Assembly: GCA_046563655.1 (NCBI GenBank)
Contig: CM102287.1
Location: 620,001 to 684,000, forward strand
Source: Yuukianura sp. NJ FZ-2021
Lineage: Eukaryota
DNA: 64,000 bases
Reading direction: 5' to 3'
The position numbers and the translations under genes are program-made. This document shows, piece after piece, positions 1 to 15,000 of this stretch; within the stretch, counting starts at the first letter, position 1, and each line of letters opens with the position of its first letter. The notes beneath the pieces are model-generated. The model searched no databases, had not been told where the DNA came from, and saw only the letters and a list, made by a program, of their open reading frames with translations.

Positions 1-3000
1 ATTAAGTTGCGTTGAGTTACTTAGCATACCTATTCGTAAGAAGTATTTATAATGTCAAGCAACTAATTAGTCTCATAGGCAAGATAGAGCTACATATTTG
101 CAAAGCATCCAGTAATGGGGCTCTCGATACTGGTGTTTACATTTAAAGCCCCATGATTTCACTACAGTAAATAGCTATACCCCCTAAGTTCTATGATGAA
201 GGTTTCTCATCTTGGAGCCATAACATTAGATGCTAGGTGGGGTTGTGGGTATTGCTATAACTTCAATGTAACCTTTGCATGTATTGTTGGCCATGATTTT
301 AGTAAAGCATTTATTCCAAAGCAAATTGTGCTGATATTTGCCATCGTTACCAACTGGGAACAAATCCATCAAATATCCCTTTGTCATTTTTGAAAACTGC
401 CTACTTTTGGTATTAAGTTGCGTTGAGTTACTTAGCATACCTATTTGTAAGAAGTATTTATAATGTCAAGCAACTAGTTAGTCTCATAGGCAAGATAGAG
501 CTACATATTTGCAAAGCATCCAGTAATGGGGCTCTCGATACTGGTGTTTACATTTAAAGCCCCATGATTTCACTACAGTAAATAGCTATCCCCCTAAGTT
601 ATCTGATGAAGGTTTCTCATCTTGGAGCCCTAACATTAGAGGCTTGGCAGGGTTGTGGGTATTGCTATAACTTCAATGTAACCTTTGCATGTATTGTTGG
701 CCATGATTTTAGTAAAGCATTTATTCCAAAGCAAATTGTGCTGATATTTGCCATCGTTACCAACTGGGAACAAATCCATCAAATATCCCTTTGTCATTTT
801 TGAAAACTGCCTACTTTTGATATTAAGTTGCGTTGAGTTACTTAGCATACCTATTTGTAAGAAGTATTTATAATGTCAAGCAACTAGTTAGTCTCATAGG
901 CAAGATAGAGCTACATATTTGCAAAGCATCCAGTAATGGGGCTCTCGATACTGGTGTTTACATTTAGAGCCCCATGATTTCACTACAGTAAATAGCTATC
1001 CCCCTAAGGTATCTGATGAAGGTTTCTCATCTTGGAGCCCTAACATTAGAGGCTTGGCAGGGTTGTGGGTGTTGCTATAACTTCAATGTAACCTTTGCAT
1101 GTATTGTTGGCCATGATTTTAGTAAAGCATTTATTCCAAAGCAAATTGTGCTGATATTTGCCATCGTTACCAACTGGGAACAAATCCATCAAATATACCT
1201 TTGTCATTTTTGAAAAGTGCCTACTTTTGATATTAAGTTGCGTTGAGTTACTTAGCATACCTATTCGTAAGAAGTATTTATAATGTCAAGCAACTAATTA
1301 GTCTCATAGGCAAGATAGAGCTACATATTTGCAAAGCATCCAGTAATGGGGCTCTCGATACTGGTGTTTACATTTAGAGCCCCATGATTTCACTACAGTA
1401 AATAGCTATCCCACCTAAGTTCTATGATGAAGGTTTCTCATCTTGGAGCCATAACATTAGATGCAAGGTGGGGTTGTGGGTATTGCTATAACTTCAATGT
1501 AACCTTTGCATGTATTGTTGGCCATGATTTTAGTAAAGCATTTATTCCAAAGCAAATTGTGCTGATATTTGCCATCGTTACCAACTGGGAACAAATCCAT
1601 CAAATATCCCTTTGTCATTTTTGAAAACTGCCTACTTTTGATATTAAGTTGCGTTGAGTTACTTAGCATACCTATTTGTAAGAAGTATTTATAATGTCAA
1701 GCAACTAGTTAGTCTCATAGGCAAGATAGAGCTACATATTTGCAAAGCATCCAGTAATGGGGCTCTCGATACTGGTGTTTACATTTAGAGCCCCATGATT
1801 TCACTACAGTAAATAGCTATCCCCCTAAGTTATCTGATGAAGGTTTCTCATCTTGGAGCCCTAACATTAGAGGCTTGGCAGGGTTGTGGGTATTGCTATA
1901 ACTTCAATGTAACCTTTGCATGTATTGTTGGCCATGATTTTAGTAAAGCATTTATTCCAAAGCAAATTGTGCTGATATTTGCCATCGTTACCAACTGGGA
2001 ACAAATCCATCAAATATACCTTTGTCATTTTTGAAAAGTGCCTACTTTTGATATTAAGTTGCGTTGAGTTACTTAGCATACCTATTCGTAAGAAGTATTT
2101 ATAATGTCAAGCAACTAATTAGTCTCATAGGCAAGATAGAGCTACATATTTGCAAAGCATCCAGTAATGGGGCTCTCGATACTGGTGTTTACATTTAGAG
2201 CCCCATGATTTCACTACAGTAAATAGCTATCCCCCCTAAGTTCTATGATGAAGGTTTCTCATCTTGGAGCCATAACATTAGATGCTAGGTGGGGTTGTGG
2301 GTATTGCTATAACTTCAATGTAACCTTTGCATGTATTGTTGGCCATGATTTTAGTAAAGCATTTATTCCAAAGCAAATTGTGCTGATATTTGCCATCGTT
2401 ACCAACTGGGAACAAATCCATCAAATATCCCTTTGTCATTTTTGAAAACTGCCTACTTTTGATATTAAGTTGCGTTGAGTTACTTAGCATACCTATTTGT
2501 AAGAAGTATTTATAATGTCAAGCAACTAGTTAGTCTCATAGGCAAGATAGAGCTACATATTTGCAAAGCATCCAGTAATGGGGCTCTCGATACTGGTGTT
2601 TACATTTAAAGCCCCATGATTTCACTACAGTAAATAGCTATCCCCCTAAGTTATCTGATGAAGGTTTCTCATCTTGGAGCCCTAACATTAGAGGCTTGGC
2701 AGGGTTGTGGGTATTGCTATAACTTCAATGTAACCTTTGCATGTATTGTTGGCCATGATTTTAGTAAAGCATTTATTCCAAAGCAAATTGTGCTGATATT
2801 TGCCATCGTTACCAACTGGGAACAAATCCATCAAATATCCCTTTGTCATTTTTGAAAAGTGCCTACTTTTGATATTAAGTTGCGTTGAGTTACTTAGCAT
2901 ACCTATTCGTAAGAAGTATTTATAATGTCAAGCAACTAATTAGTCTCATAGGCAAGATAGAGCTACATATTTGCAAAGCATCCAGTAATGGGGCTCTCGA

Positions 3001-6000
3001 TACTGGTGTTTACATTTAGAGCCCCATGATTTCACTACAGTAAATAGCTATCCCCCTAAGTTCTATGATGAAGGTTTCTCATCTTGGAGCCCTAACATTA
3101 GATGCTAGGTGGGGTTGTGGGTATTGCTATAACTTCAATGTAACCTTTGCATGTATTGTTGGCCATGATTTTAGTAAAGCATTTATTCCAAAGCAAATTG
3201 TGCTGATATTTGCCATCGTTACCAACTGGGAACAAATCCATCAAATATCCCTTTGTCATTTTTGAAAACTGCCTACTTTTGATATTAAGTTGCGTTGAGT
3301 TACTTAGCATACCTATTTGTAAGAAGTATTTATAATGTCAAGCAACTAGTTAGTCTCATAGGCAAGATAGAGCTACATATTTGCAAAGCATCCAGTAATG
3401 GGGCTCTCGATACTGGTGTTTACATTTAAAGCCCCATGATTTCACTACAGTAAATAGCTATCCCCCTAAGTTATCTGATGAAGGTTTCTCATCTTGGAGC
3501 CCTAACATTAGAGGCTTGGCAGGGTTGTGGGTATTGCTATAACTTCAATGTAACCTTTGCATGTATTGTTGGCCATGATTTTAGTAAAGCATTTATTCCA
3601 AAGCAAATTGTGCTGATATTTGCCATCGTTACCAACTGGGAACAAATCCATCAAATATCCCTTTGTCATTTTTGAAAACTGCCTACTTTTGATATTAAGT
3701 TGCGTTGAGTTACTTAGCATACCTATTTGTAAGAAGTATTTATAATGTCAAGCAACTAGTTAGTCTCATAGGCAAGATAGAGCTACATATTTGCAAAGCA
3801 TCCAGTAATGGGGCTCTCGATACTGGTGTTTACATTTAGAGCCCCATGATTTCACTACAGTAAATAGCTATCCCCCTAAGGTTATCTGATGAAGGTTTCT
3901 CATCTTGGAGCCCTAACATTAGAGGCTTGGCAGGGTTGTGGGTGTTGCTATAACTTCAATGTAACCTTTGCATGTATTGTTGGCCATGATTTTAGTAAAG
4001 CATTTATTCCAAAGCAAATTGTGCTGATATTTGCCATCGTTACCAACTGGGAACAAATCCATCAAATATCCCTTTGTCATTTTTGAAAAGTGCCTACTTT
4101 TGATATTAAGTTGCGTTGAGTTACTTAGCATACCTATTCGTAAGAAGTATTTATAATGTCAAGCAACTAATTAGTCTCATAGGCAAGATAGAGCTACATA
4201 TTTGCAAAGCATCCAGTAATGGGGCTCTCGATACTGGTGTTTACATTTAGAGCCCCATGATTTCACTACAGTAAATAGCTATCCCCCCTAAGTTATCTGA
4301 TGAAGGTTTCTCATCTTGGAGCCCTAACATTAGAGGCTTGGCAGGGTTGTGGGTATTGCTATAACTTCAATGTAACCTTTGCATGTATTGTTGGCCATGA
4401 TTTTAGTAAAGCATTTATTCCAAAGCAAATTGTGCTGATATTTGCCATCGTTACCAACTGGGAACAAATCCATCAAATATCCCTTTGTCATTTTTGAAAA
4501 CTGCCTACTTTTGATATTAAGTTGCGTTGAGTTACTTAGCATACCTATTTGTAAGAAGTATTTATAATGTCAAGCAACTAGTTAGTCTCATAGGCAAGAT
4601 AGAGCTACATATTTGCAAAGCATCCAGTAATGGGGCTCTCGATACTGGTGTTTACATTTAGAGCCCCATGATTTCACTACAGTAAATAGCTATCCCCCCT
4701 AAGTTATCTGATGAAGGTTTCTCATGTTGGAGCCCTAACATTAGAGGCTTGGCAGGGTTGTGGGTATTGCTATAACTTCAATGTAACCTTTGCATGTATT
4801 GTTGGCCATGATTTTAGTAACGCATTTATTCCAAAGCAAATTGTGCTGATATTTGCCATCGTTACCAACTGGGAACAAAACCATCAAATATCCCTTTGTC
4901 ATTTTTGAAAACTGCCTACTTTAGATATTAAGTTGCGTTGAGTTACTTAGCATACCTATTTGTAAGAAGTATTTATAATGTCAAGCAACTAGTTAGTCTC
5001 ATAGGCAAGATAGAGCTACATATTTGCAAAGCATCCAGTAATGGGGCTCTCGATACTGGTGTTTACATTTAGAGCCCCATGATTTCACTACAGTAAATAG
5101 CTATCCCCCCTAAGTTATCTGATGAAGGTTTCTCATTTTGGAGCCCTAACATTAGAGGCTTGGCAGGGTTGTGGTATTGCAATAACTTCAATGTAACCTT
5201 TGCATGTTTTGTTGGCCATGATTTTAGTAAAGCATTTATTCTAAAGCAAATTGTGCTGATATTTGCCATCGTTACCAACTGGGAACAAATCCATCAAATA
5301 TCCCTTTGTCATTTTTGAAAAGTGCCTACTTTTGATATTAAGTTGCGTTGAGTTACTTAGCATACCTATACGTAAGAAGTATTTATAATGTCAAGCAACT
5401 AATTAGTCTCATAGGCAAGATAGAGCTACATATTTGCAAAGCATCCAGTAATGGGGCTCTCGATACTGGTGTTTACATTTAGAGCCCCATGATTTCACTA
5501 CAGTAAATAGCTATCCCCCTAAGTTATCTGATGAAGGTTTCTCATCTTGGAGCCCTAACATTAGAGGCTTGGCAGAGTTGTGGGTGTTGCTATAACTTCA
5601 ATGTAACCTTTGCATGTATTGTTGGCCACGATTTTAGTAAAGCATTTATTCCAAAGCAAATTGTGCTGATATTTGCCATCGTTACCAACTGGGAACAAAT
5701 CCATCAAATATCCCTTTGTCATTTTTGAAAACTGCCTACTTTTGATATTAAGTTGCGTTGAGTTACTTAGCATACCTATTCGTAAGAAGTATTTATAATG
5801 TCAAGCAACTAATTAGTCTCATAGGCAAGATAGAGCTACATATTTGCAAAGCATCCAGTAATGGGGCTCTCGATACTGGTGTTTACATTTAGAGCCCCAT
5901 GATTTCACTACAGTAAATAGCTATCCCCCCAAGGTATCTGATGAAGGTTTCTCATCTTGGAGCCCTAACATTAGAGGCTTGGCAGGGTTGTGGGTGTTGC

Positions 6001-9000
6001 TATAACTTCAATGTAACCTTTGCATGTATTGTTGGCCATGATTTTAGTAAAGCATTTATTCCAAAGCAAATTGTGCTGATATTTGCCATCGTTACCAACT
6101 GGGAACAAATCCATCAAATATACCTTTGTCATTTTTGAAAAGTGCCTACTTTTGATATTAAGTTGCGTTGAGTTACTTAGCATACCTATTCGTAAGAAGT
6201 ATTTATAATGTCAAGCAACTAATTAGTCTCATAGGCAAGATAGAGCTACATATTTGCAAAGCATCCAGTAATGGGGCTCTCGCTACTGGTGTTTACATTT
6301 AGAGCCCCATGATTTCACTACAGTAAATAGCTATCCCCCCTAAGTTATCTGATGAAGGTTTCTCATCTTGGAGCCCTAACATTAGAGGCTTGGCAGAGTT
6401 GTGGGTGTTGCTATAACTTCAATGTAACCTTTGCATGTATTGTTGGCCACGATTTTAGTAAAGCATTTATTCCAAAGCAAATTGTGCTGATATTTGCCAT
6501 CGTTACCAACTGGGAACAAATCCATCAAATATCCCTTTGTCATTTTTGAAAACTGCCTACTTTTGATATTAAGTTGCGTTGAGTTACTTAGCATACCTAT
6601 TCGTAAGAAGTATTTATAATGTCAAGCAACTAATTAGTCTCATAGGCAAGATAGAGCTACATATTTGCAAAGCATCCAGTAATGGGGCTCTCGATACTGG
6701 TGTTTACATTTAGAGCCCCATGATTTCACTACAGTAAATAGCTATCCCCCTAAGGTATCTGATGAAGGTTTCTCATCTTGGAGCCCTAACATTAGAGGCT
6801 TGGCAGGGTTGTGGGTGTTGCTATAACTTCAATGTAACCTTTGCATGTATTGTTGGCCATGATTTTAGTAAAGCATTTATTCCAAAGCAAATTGTGCTGA
6901 TATTTGCCATCGTTACCAACTGGGAACAAATCCATCAAATATATTTGTCATTTTTGAAAAGTGCCTACTTTTGATATTAAGTTGCGTTGAGTTACTTAGC
7001 ATACCTATTCGTAAGAAGTATTTATAATGTCAAGCAACTAATTAGTCTCATAGGCAAGATAGAGCTACATATTTGCAAAGCATCCAGTAATGGGGCTCTC
7101 GCTACTGGTGTTTACATTTAGAGCCCCATGATTTCACTACAGTAAATAGCTATCCCCCCTAAGGTATCTGATGAATGTTTCTCATCTTGGAGCCCTAACA
7201 TTAGAGGCTTGGCAGAGTTGTGGGTGTTGCTATAACTTCAATGTAACCTTTGCATGTATTGTTGGCCACGATTTTAGTAAAGCATGTATTCCAAAGCAAA
7301 TTGTGCTGATATTTGCCATCGTTACCAACTGGGAACAAATCCATCAAATATCCCTTTGTCATTTTTGAAAACTGCCTACTTTTGATATTAAGTTGCGTTG
7401 AGTTACTTAGCATACCTATTCGTAAGAAGTATTTATAATGTCAAGCAACTAATTAGTCTCATAGGCAAGATAGAGCTACATATTTGCAAAGCATCCAGTA
7501 ATGGGGCTCTCGATACTGGTGTTTACATTTAGAGCCCCATGATTTCACTACAGTAAATAGCTATCCCCCTAAGGTATCTGATGAAGGTTTCTCATCTTGG
7601 AGCCCTAACATTAGAGGCTTGGCAGGGTTGTGGGTGTTGCTATAACTTCAATGTAACCTTTGCATGTATTGTTGGCCATGATTTTAGTAAAGCATTTATT
7701 CCAAAGCAAATTGTGCTGATATTTGCCATCGTTACCAACTGGGAACAAATCCATCAAATATACCTTTGTCATTTTTGAAAAGTGCCTACTTTTGATATTA
7801 AGTTGCGTTGAGTTACTTAGCATACCTATTCGTAAGAAGTATTTATAATGTCAAGCAACTAATTAGTCTCATAGGCAAGATAGAGCTACATATTTGCAAA
7901 GCATCCAGTAATGGGGCTCTCGATACTGGTGTTTACATTTAGAGCCCCATGATTTCACTACAGTAAATAGCTATACCCCCTAAGTTCTATGATGAAGGTT
8001 TCTCATCTTGGAGCCATAACATTAGATGCTAGGTGGGGTTGTGGGTATTGCTATAACTTCAATGTAACCTTTGCATGTATTGTTGGCCATGATTTTAGTA
8101 AAGCATTTATTCCAAAGCAAATTGTGCTGATATTTTCCATCGTTACCAACTGGGAACAAATCCATCAAATATCCCTTTGTCATTTTTGAAAACTGCCTAC
8201 TTTTGATATTAAGTTGCGTTGAGTTACTTAGCATACCTATTTGTAAGATGTATTTATAATGTCAAGCAACTAGTTAGTCTCATAGGCAAGATAGAGCTAC
8301 ATATTTGCAAAGCATCCAGTAATGGGGCTCTCGATACTGGTGTTTACATTTAGAGCCCCATGATTTCACTACAGTAAATAGCTATCCCCCCTAAGGTATC
8401 TGATGAAGGTTTCTCATCTTGGAGCCCTAACATTAGAGGCTTGGCAGGGTTGTGGGTGTTGCTATAACTTCAATGTAACCTTTGCATGTATTGTTGGCCA
8501 TGATTTTAGTAAAGCATTTATTCCAAAGCAAATTGTGCTGATATTTGCCATCGTTACCAACTGGGAACAAATCCATCAAATATCCCTTTGTCATTTTTGA
8601 AAAGTGCCTACTTTTGATATTAAGTTGCGTTGAGTTACTTAGCATACCTATTCGTAAGAAGTATTTATAATGTCAAGCAACTAATTAGTCTCATAGGCAA
8701 GATAGAGCTACATATTTGCAAAGCATCCAGTAATGGGGCTCTCGATACTGGTGTTTACATTTAGAGCCCCATGATTTCACTACAGTAAATAGCTATCCCC
8801 CTAAGGTATCTGATGAAGGTTTCTCATCTTGGAGCCCTAACATTAGAGGCTTGGCAGAGTTGTGGGTGTTGCTATAACTTCAATGTAACCTTTGCATGTA
8901 TTGTTGGCCATGATTTTAGTAAAGCATTTATTCCAAAGCAAATTGTGCTGATATTTGCCATCGTTACCAACTGGGAACAAATCCATCAAATATCCCTTTG

Positions 9001-12000
9001 TCATTTTTGAAAACTGCCTACTTTTGATATTAAGTTGCGTTGAGTTACTTAGCATACCTATTCGTAAGAAGTATTTATAATGTCAAGCAACTAATTAGTC
9101 TCATAGGCAAGATAGAGCTACATATTTGCAAAGCATCCAGTAATGGGGCTCTCGATACTGGTGTTTACATTTAGAGCCCCATGATTTCACTACAGTAAAT
9201 AGCTATCCCCCTAAGGTATCTGATGAAGGTTTCTCATCTTGGAGCCCTAACATTAGAGGCTTGGCAGGGTTGTGGGTGTTGCTATAACTTCAATGTAACC
9301 TTTGCATGTATTGTTGGCCATGATTTTAGTAAAGCATTTATTCCAAAGCAAATTGTGCTGATATTTGCCATCGTTACCAACTGGGAACAAATCCATCAAA
9401 TATACCTTTGTCATTTTTGAAAAGTGCCTACTTTTGATATTAAGTTGCGTTGAGTTACTTAGCATACCTATTCGTAAGAAGTATTTATAATGTCAAGCAA
9501 CTAATTAGTCTCATAGGCAAGATAGAGCTACATATTTGCAAAGCATCCAGTAATGGGGCTCTCGATACTGGTGTTTACATTTAGAGCCCCATGATTTCAC
9601 TACAGTAAATAGCTATACCCCCTAAGTTCTATGATGAAGGTTTCTCATCTTGGAGCCATAACATTAGATGCTAGGTGGGGTTGTGGGTATTGCTATAACT
9701 TCAATGTAACCTTTGCATGTATTGTTGGCCATGATTTTAGTAAAGCATTTATTCCAAAGCAAATTGTGCTGATATTTTCCATCGTTACCAACTGGGAACA
9801 AATCCATCAAATATCCCTTTGTCATTTTTGAAAACTGCCTACTTTTGATATTAAGTTGCGTTGAGTTACTTAGCATACCTATTTGTAAGATGTATTTATA
9901 ATGTCAAGCAACTAGTTAGTCTCATAGGCAAGATAGAGCTACATATTTGCAAAGCATCCAGTAATGGGGCTCTCGATACTGGTGTTTACATTTAGAGCCC
10001 CATGATTTCACTACAGTAAATAGCTATCCCCCCAAGGTATCTGATGAAGGTTTCTCATCTTGGAGCCCTAACATTAGAGGCTTGGCAGGGTTGTGGGTGT
10101 TGCTATAACTTCAATGTAACCTTTGCATGTATTGTTGGCCATGATTTTAGTAAAGCATTTATTCCAAAGCAAATTGTGCTGATATTTGCCATCGTTACCA
10201 ACTGGGAACAAATCCATCAAATATCCCTTTTGTCATTTTTGAAAAGTGCCTACTTTTGATATTAAGTTGCGTTGAGTTACTTAGCATACCTATTCGTAAG
10301 AAGTATTTATAATGTCAAGCAACTAATTAGTCTCATAGGCAAGATAGAGCTACATATTTGCAAAGCATCCAGTAATGGGGCTCTCGCTACTGGTGTTTAC
10401 ATTTAGAGCCCCATGATTTCACTACAGTAAATAGCTATCCCCCCTAAGGTATCTGATGAATGTTTCTCATCTTGGAGCCCTAACATTAGAGGCTTGGCAG
10501 AGTTGTGGGTGTTGCTATAACTTCAATGTAACCTTTGCATGTATTGTTGGCCACGATTTTAGTAAAGCATGTATTCCAAAGCAAATTGTGCTGATATTTG
10601 CCATCGTTACCAACTGGGAACAAATCCATCAAATATCCCTTTGTCATTTTTGAAAACTGCCTACTTTTGATATTAAGTTGCGTTGAGTTACTTAGCATAC
10701 CTATTCGTAAGAAGTATTTATAATGTCAAGCAACTAATTAGTCTCATAGGCAAGATAGAGCTACATATTTGCAAAGCATCCAGTAATGGGGCTCTCGATA
10801 CTGGTGTTTACATTTAGAGCCCCATGATTTCACTACAGTAAATAGCTATCCCCCTAAGGTATCTGATGAAGGTTTCTCATCTTGGAGCCCTAACATTAGA
10901 GGCTTGGCAGAGTTGTGGGTGTTGCTATAACTTCAATGTAACCTTTGCATGTATTGTTGGCCACGATTTTAGTAAAGCATTTATTCCAAAGCAAATTGTG
11001 CTGATATTTGCCATCGTTACCAACTGGGAACAAATCCATCAAATATCCCTTTGTCATTTTTGAAAACTGCCTACTTTTGATATTAAGTTGCGTTGAGTTA
11101 CTTAGCATACCTATTCGTAAGAAGTATTTATAATGTCAAGCAACTAATTAGTCTCATAGGCAAGATAGAGCTACATATTTGCAAAGCATCCAGTAATGGG
11201 GCTCTCGATACTGGTGTTTACATTTAGAGCCCCATGATTTCACTACAGTAAATAGCTATCCCCCCTAAGGTATCTGATGAAGGTTTCTCATCTTGGAGCC
11301 CTAACATTAGAGGCTTGGCAGGGTTGTGGGTGTTGCTATAACTTCAATGTAACCTTTGCATGTATTGTTGGCCATGATTTTAGTAAAGCATTTATTCCAA
11401 AGCAAATTGTGCTGATATTTGCCATCGTTACCAACTGGGAACAAATCCATCAAATATACCTTTGTCATTTTTGAAAAGTGCCTACTTTTGATATTAAGTT
11501 GCGTTGAGTTACTTAGCATACCTATTCGTAAGAAGTATTTATAATGTCAAGCAACTAATTAGTCTCATAGGCAAGATAGAGCTACATATTTGCAAAGCAT
11601 CCAGTAATGGGGCTCTCGATACTGGTGTTTACATTTAGAGCCCCATGATTTCACTACAGTAAATAGCTATCCCCCCTAAGTTCTATGATGAAGGTTTCTC
11701 ATCTTGGAGCCATAACATTAGATGCTAGGTGGGGTTGTGGGTATTGCTATAACTTCAATGTAACCTTTGCATGTATTGTTGGCCATGATTTTAGTAAAGC
11801 ATTTATTCCAAAGCAAATTGTGCTGATATTTGCCATCGTTACCAACTGGGAACAAATCCATCAAATATACCTTTGTCATTTTTGAAAAGTGCCTACTTTT
11901 GATATTAAGTTGCGTTGAGTTACTTAGCATACCTATTCGTAAGAAGTATTTATAATGTCAAGCAACTAATTAGTCTCATAGGCAAGATAGAGCTACATAT

Positions 12001-15000
12001 TTGCAAAGCATCCAGTAATGGGGCTCTCGATACTGGTGTTTACATTTAGAGCCCCATGATTTCACTACAGTAAATAGCTATCCCCCTAAGGTATCTGATG
12101 AAGGTTTCTCATCTTGGAGCCCTAACATTAGAGGCTTGGCAGGGTTGTGGGTGTTGCTATAACTTCAATGTAACCTTTGCATGTATTGTTGGCCATGATT
12201 TTAGTAAAGCATTTATTCCAAAGCAAATTGTGCTGATATTTGCCATCGTTACCAACTGGGAACAAATCCATCAAATATCCCTTTGTCATTTTTGAAAACT
12301 GCCTACTTTTGATATTAAGTTGCGTTGAGTTACTTAGCATACCTATTCGTAAGAAGTATTTATAATGTCAAGCAACTAATTAGTCTCATAGGCAAGATAG
12401 AGCTACATATTTGCAAAGCATCCAGTAATGGGGCTCTCGATACTGGTGTTTACATTTAGAGCCCCATGATTTCACTACAGTAAATAGCTATCCCCCTAAG
12501 GTATCTGATGAAGGTTTCTCATCTTGGAGCCCTAACATTAGAGGCTTGGCAGGGTTGTGGGTGTTGCTATAACTTCAATGTAACCTTTGCATGTATTGTT
12601 GGCCATGATTTTAGTAAAGCATTTATTCCAAAGCAAATTGTGCTGATATTTGCCATCGTTACCAACTGGGAACAAATCCATCAAATATACCTTTGTCATT
12701 TTTGAAAAGTGCCTACTTTTGATATTAAGTTGCGTTGAGTTACTTAGCATACCTATTCGTAAGAAGTATTTATAATGTCAAGCAACTAATTAGTCTCATA
12801 GGCAAGATAGAGCTACATATTTGCAAAGCATCCAGTAATGGGGCTCTCGATACTGGTGTTTACATTTAGAGCCCCATGATTTCACTACAGTAAATAGCTA
12901 TCCCCCCTAAGGTATCTGATGAAGGTTTCTCATCTTGGAGCCATAACATTAGATGCTAGGTGGGGTTGTGGGTATTGCTATAACTTCAATGTAACCTTTG
13001 CATGTATTGTTGGCCATGATTTTAGTAAAGCATTTATTCCAAAGCAAATTGTGCTGATATTTGCCATCGTTACCAACTGGGAACAAATCCATCAAATATC
13101 CCTTTGTCATTTTTGAAAACTGCCTACTTTTGATATTAAGTTGCGTTGAGTTACTTAGCATACCTATTTGTAAGAAGTATTTATAATGTCAAGCAACTAG
13201 TTAGTCTCATAGGCAAGATAGAGCTACATATTTGCAAAGCATCCAGTAATGGGGCTCTCGATACTGGTGTTTACATTTAGAGCCCCATGATTTCACTACA
13301 GTAAATAGCTATCCCCCCTAAGTTATCTGATGAAGGTTTCTCATCTTGGAGCCCTAACATTAGAGGCTTGGCAGGGTTGTGGGTATTGCTATAACTTCAA
13401 TGTAACCTTTGCATGTATTGTTGGCCATGATTTTAGTAAAGCATTTATTCCAAAGCAAATTGTGCTGATATTTGCCATCGTTACCAACTGGGAACAAATC
13501 CATCAAATATCCCTTTGTCATTTTTGAAAACTGCCTACTTTTGATATTAAGTTGCGTTGAGTTACTTAGCATACCTATTTGTAAGAAGTATTTATAATGT
13601 CAAGCAACTAGTTAGTCTCATAGGCAAGATAGAGCTACATATTTGCAAAGCATCCAGTAATGGGGCTCTCGATACTGGTGTTTACATTTAGAGCCCCATG
13701 ATTTCACTACAGTAAATAGCTATCCCCCCTAAGGTATCTGATGAAGGTTTCTCATCTTGGAGCCCTAACATTAGAGGCTTGGCAGGGTTGTGGGTGTTGC
13801 TATAACTTCAATGTAACCTTTGCATGTATTGTTGGCCATGATTTTAGTAAAGCATTTATTCCAAAGCAAATTGTGCTGATATTTGCCATCGTTACCAACT
13901 GGGAACAAATCCATCAAATATCCCTTTGTCATTTTTGAAAACTGCCTACTTTTGATATTAAGTTGCGTTGAGTTACTTAGCATACCTATTCGTAAGAAGT
14001 ATTTATAATGTCAAGCAACTAATTAGTCTCATAGGCAAGATAGAGCTACATATTTGCAAAGCATCCAGTAATGGGGCTCTCGATACTGGTGTTTACATTT
14101 AGAGCCCCATGATTTCACTACAGTAAATAGCTATCCCCCCTAAGTTATCTGATGAAGGTTTCTCATCTTGGAGCCCTAACATTAGAGGCTTGGCGGGGTT
14201 GTGGGTATTGCTATAACTTAAATGTAACCTTTGCATGTATTGTTGGCTATGATTTTAGTAAAGCATTTATTCCAAAGCAAATTGTGCTGATATTTGCCAT
14301 CGTTACCAACTGGGAACAAATCCATCAAATATCCCTTTGTCATTTTTGAAAACTGCCTACTTTTGATATTAAGTTGCGTTGAGTTACTTAGCATACCTAT
14401 TTGTAAGAAGTATTTATAATGTCAAGCAACTAGTTAGTCTCATAGGCAAGATAGAGCTACATATTTGCAAAGCATCCAGTAATGGGGCTCTCGATACTGG
14501 TGTTTACATTTAGAGCCCCATGATTTCACTACAGTAAATAGCTATCCCCCCTAAGTTATCTGATGAAGGTTTCTCATCTTGGAGCCCTAACATTAGAGGC
14601 TTGGCAGGGTTGTGGGTATTGCTATAACTTCAATGTAACCTTTGCATGTATTGTTGGCCATGATTTTAGTAAAGCATTTATTCCAAAGCAAATTGTGCTG
14701 ATATTTGCCATCGTTACCAACTGGGAACAAATCCATCAAATATCCCTTTGTCATTTTTGAAAAGTGCCTACTTTTGATATTAAGTTGCGTTGAGTTACTT
14801 AGCATACCTATTCGTAAGAAGTATTTATAATGTCAAGCAACTAATTAGTCTCATAGGCAAGATAGAGCTACATATTTGCAAAGCATCCAGTAATGGGGCT
14901 CTCGATACTGGTGTTTACATTTAGAGCCCCATGATTTCACTACAGTAAATAGCTATCCCCCCTAAGGTATCTGATGAAGGTTTCTCATCTTGGAGCCCTA

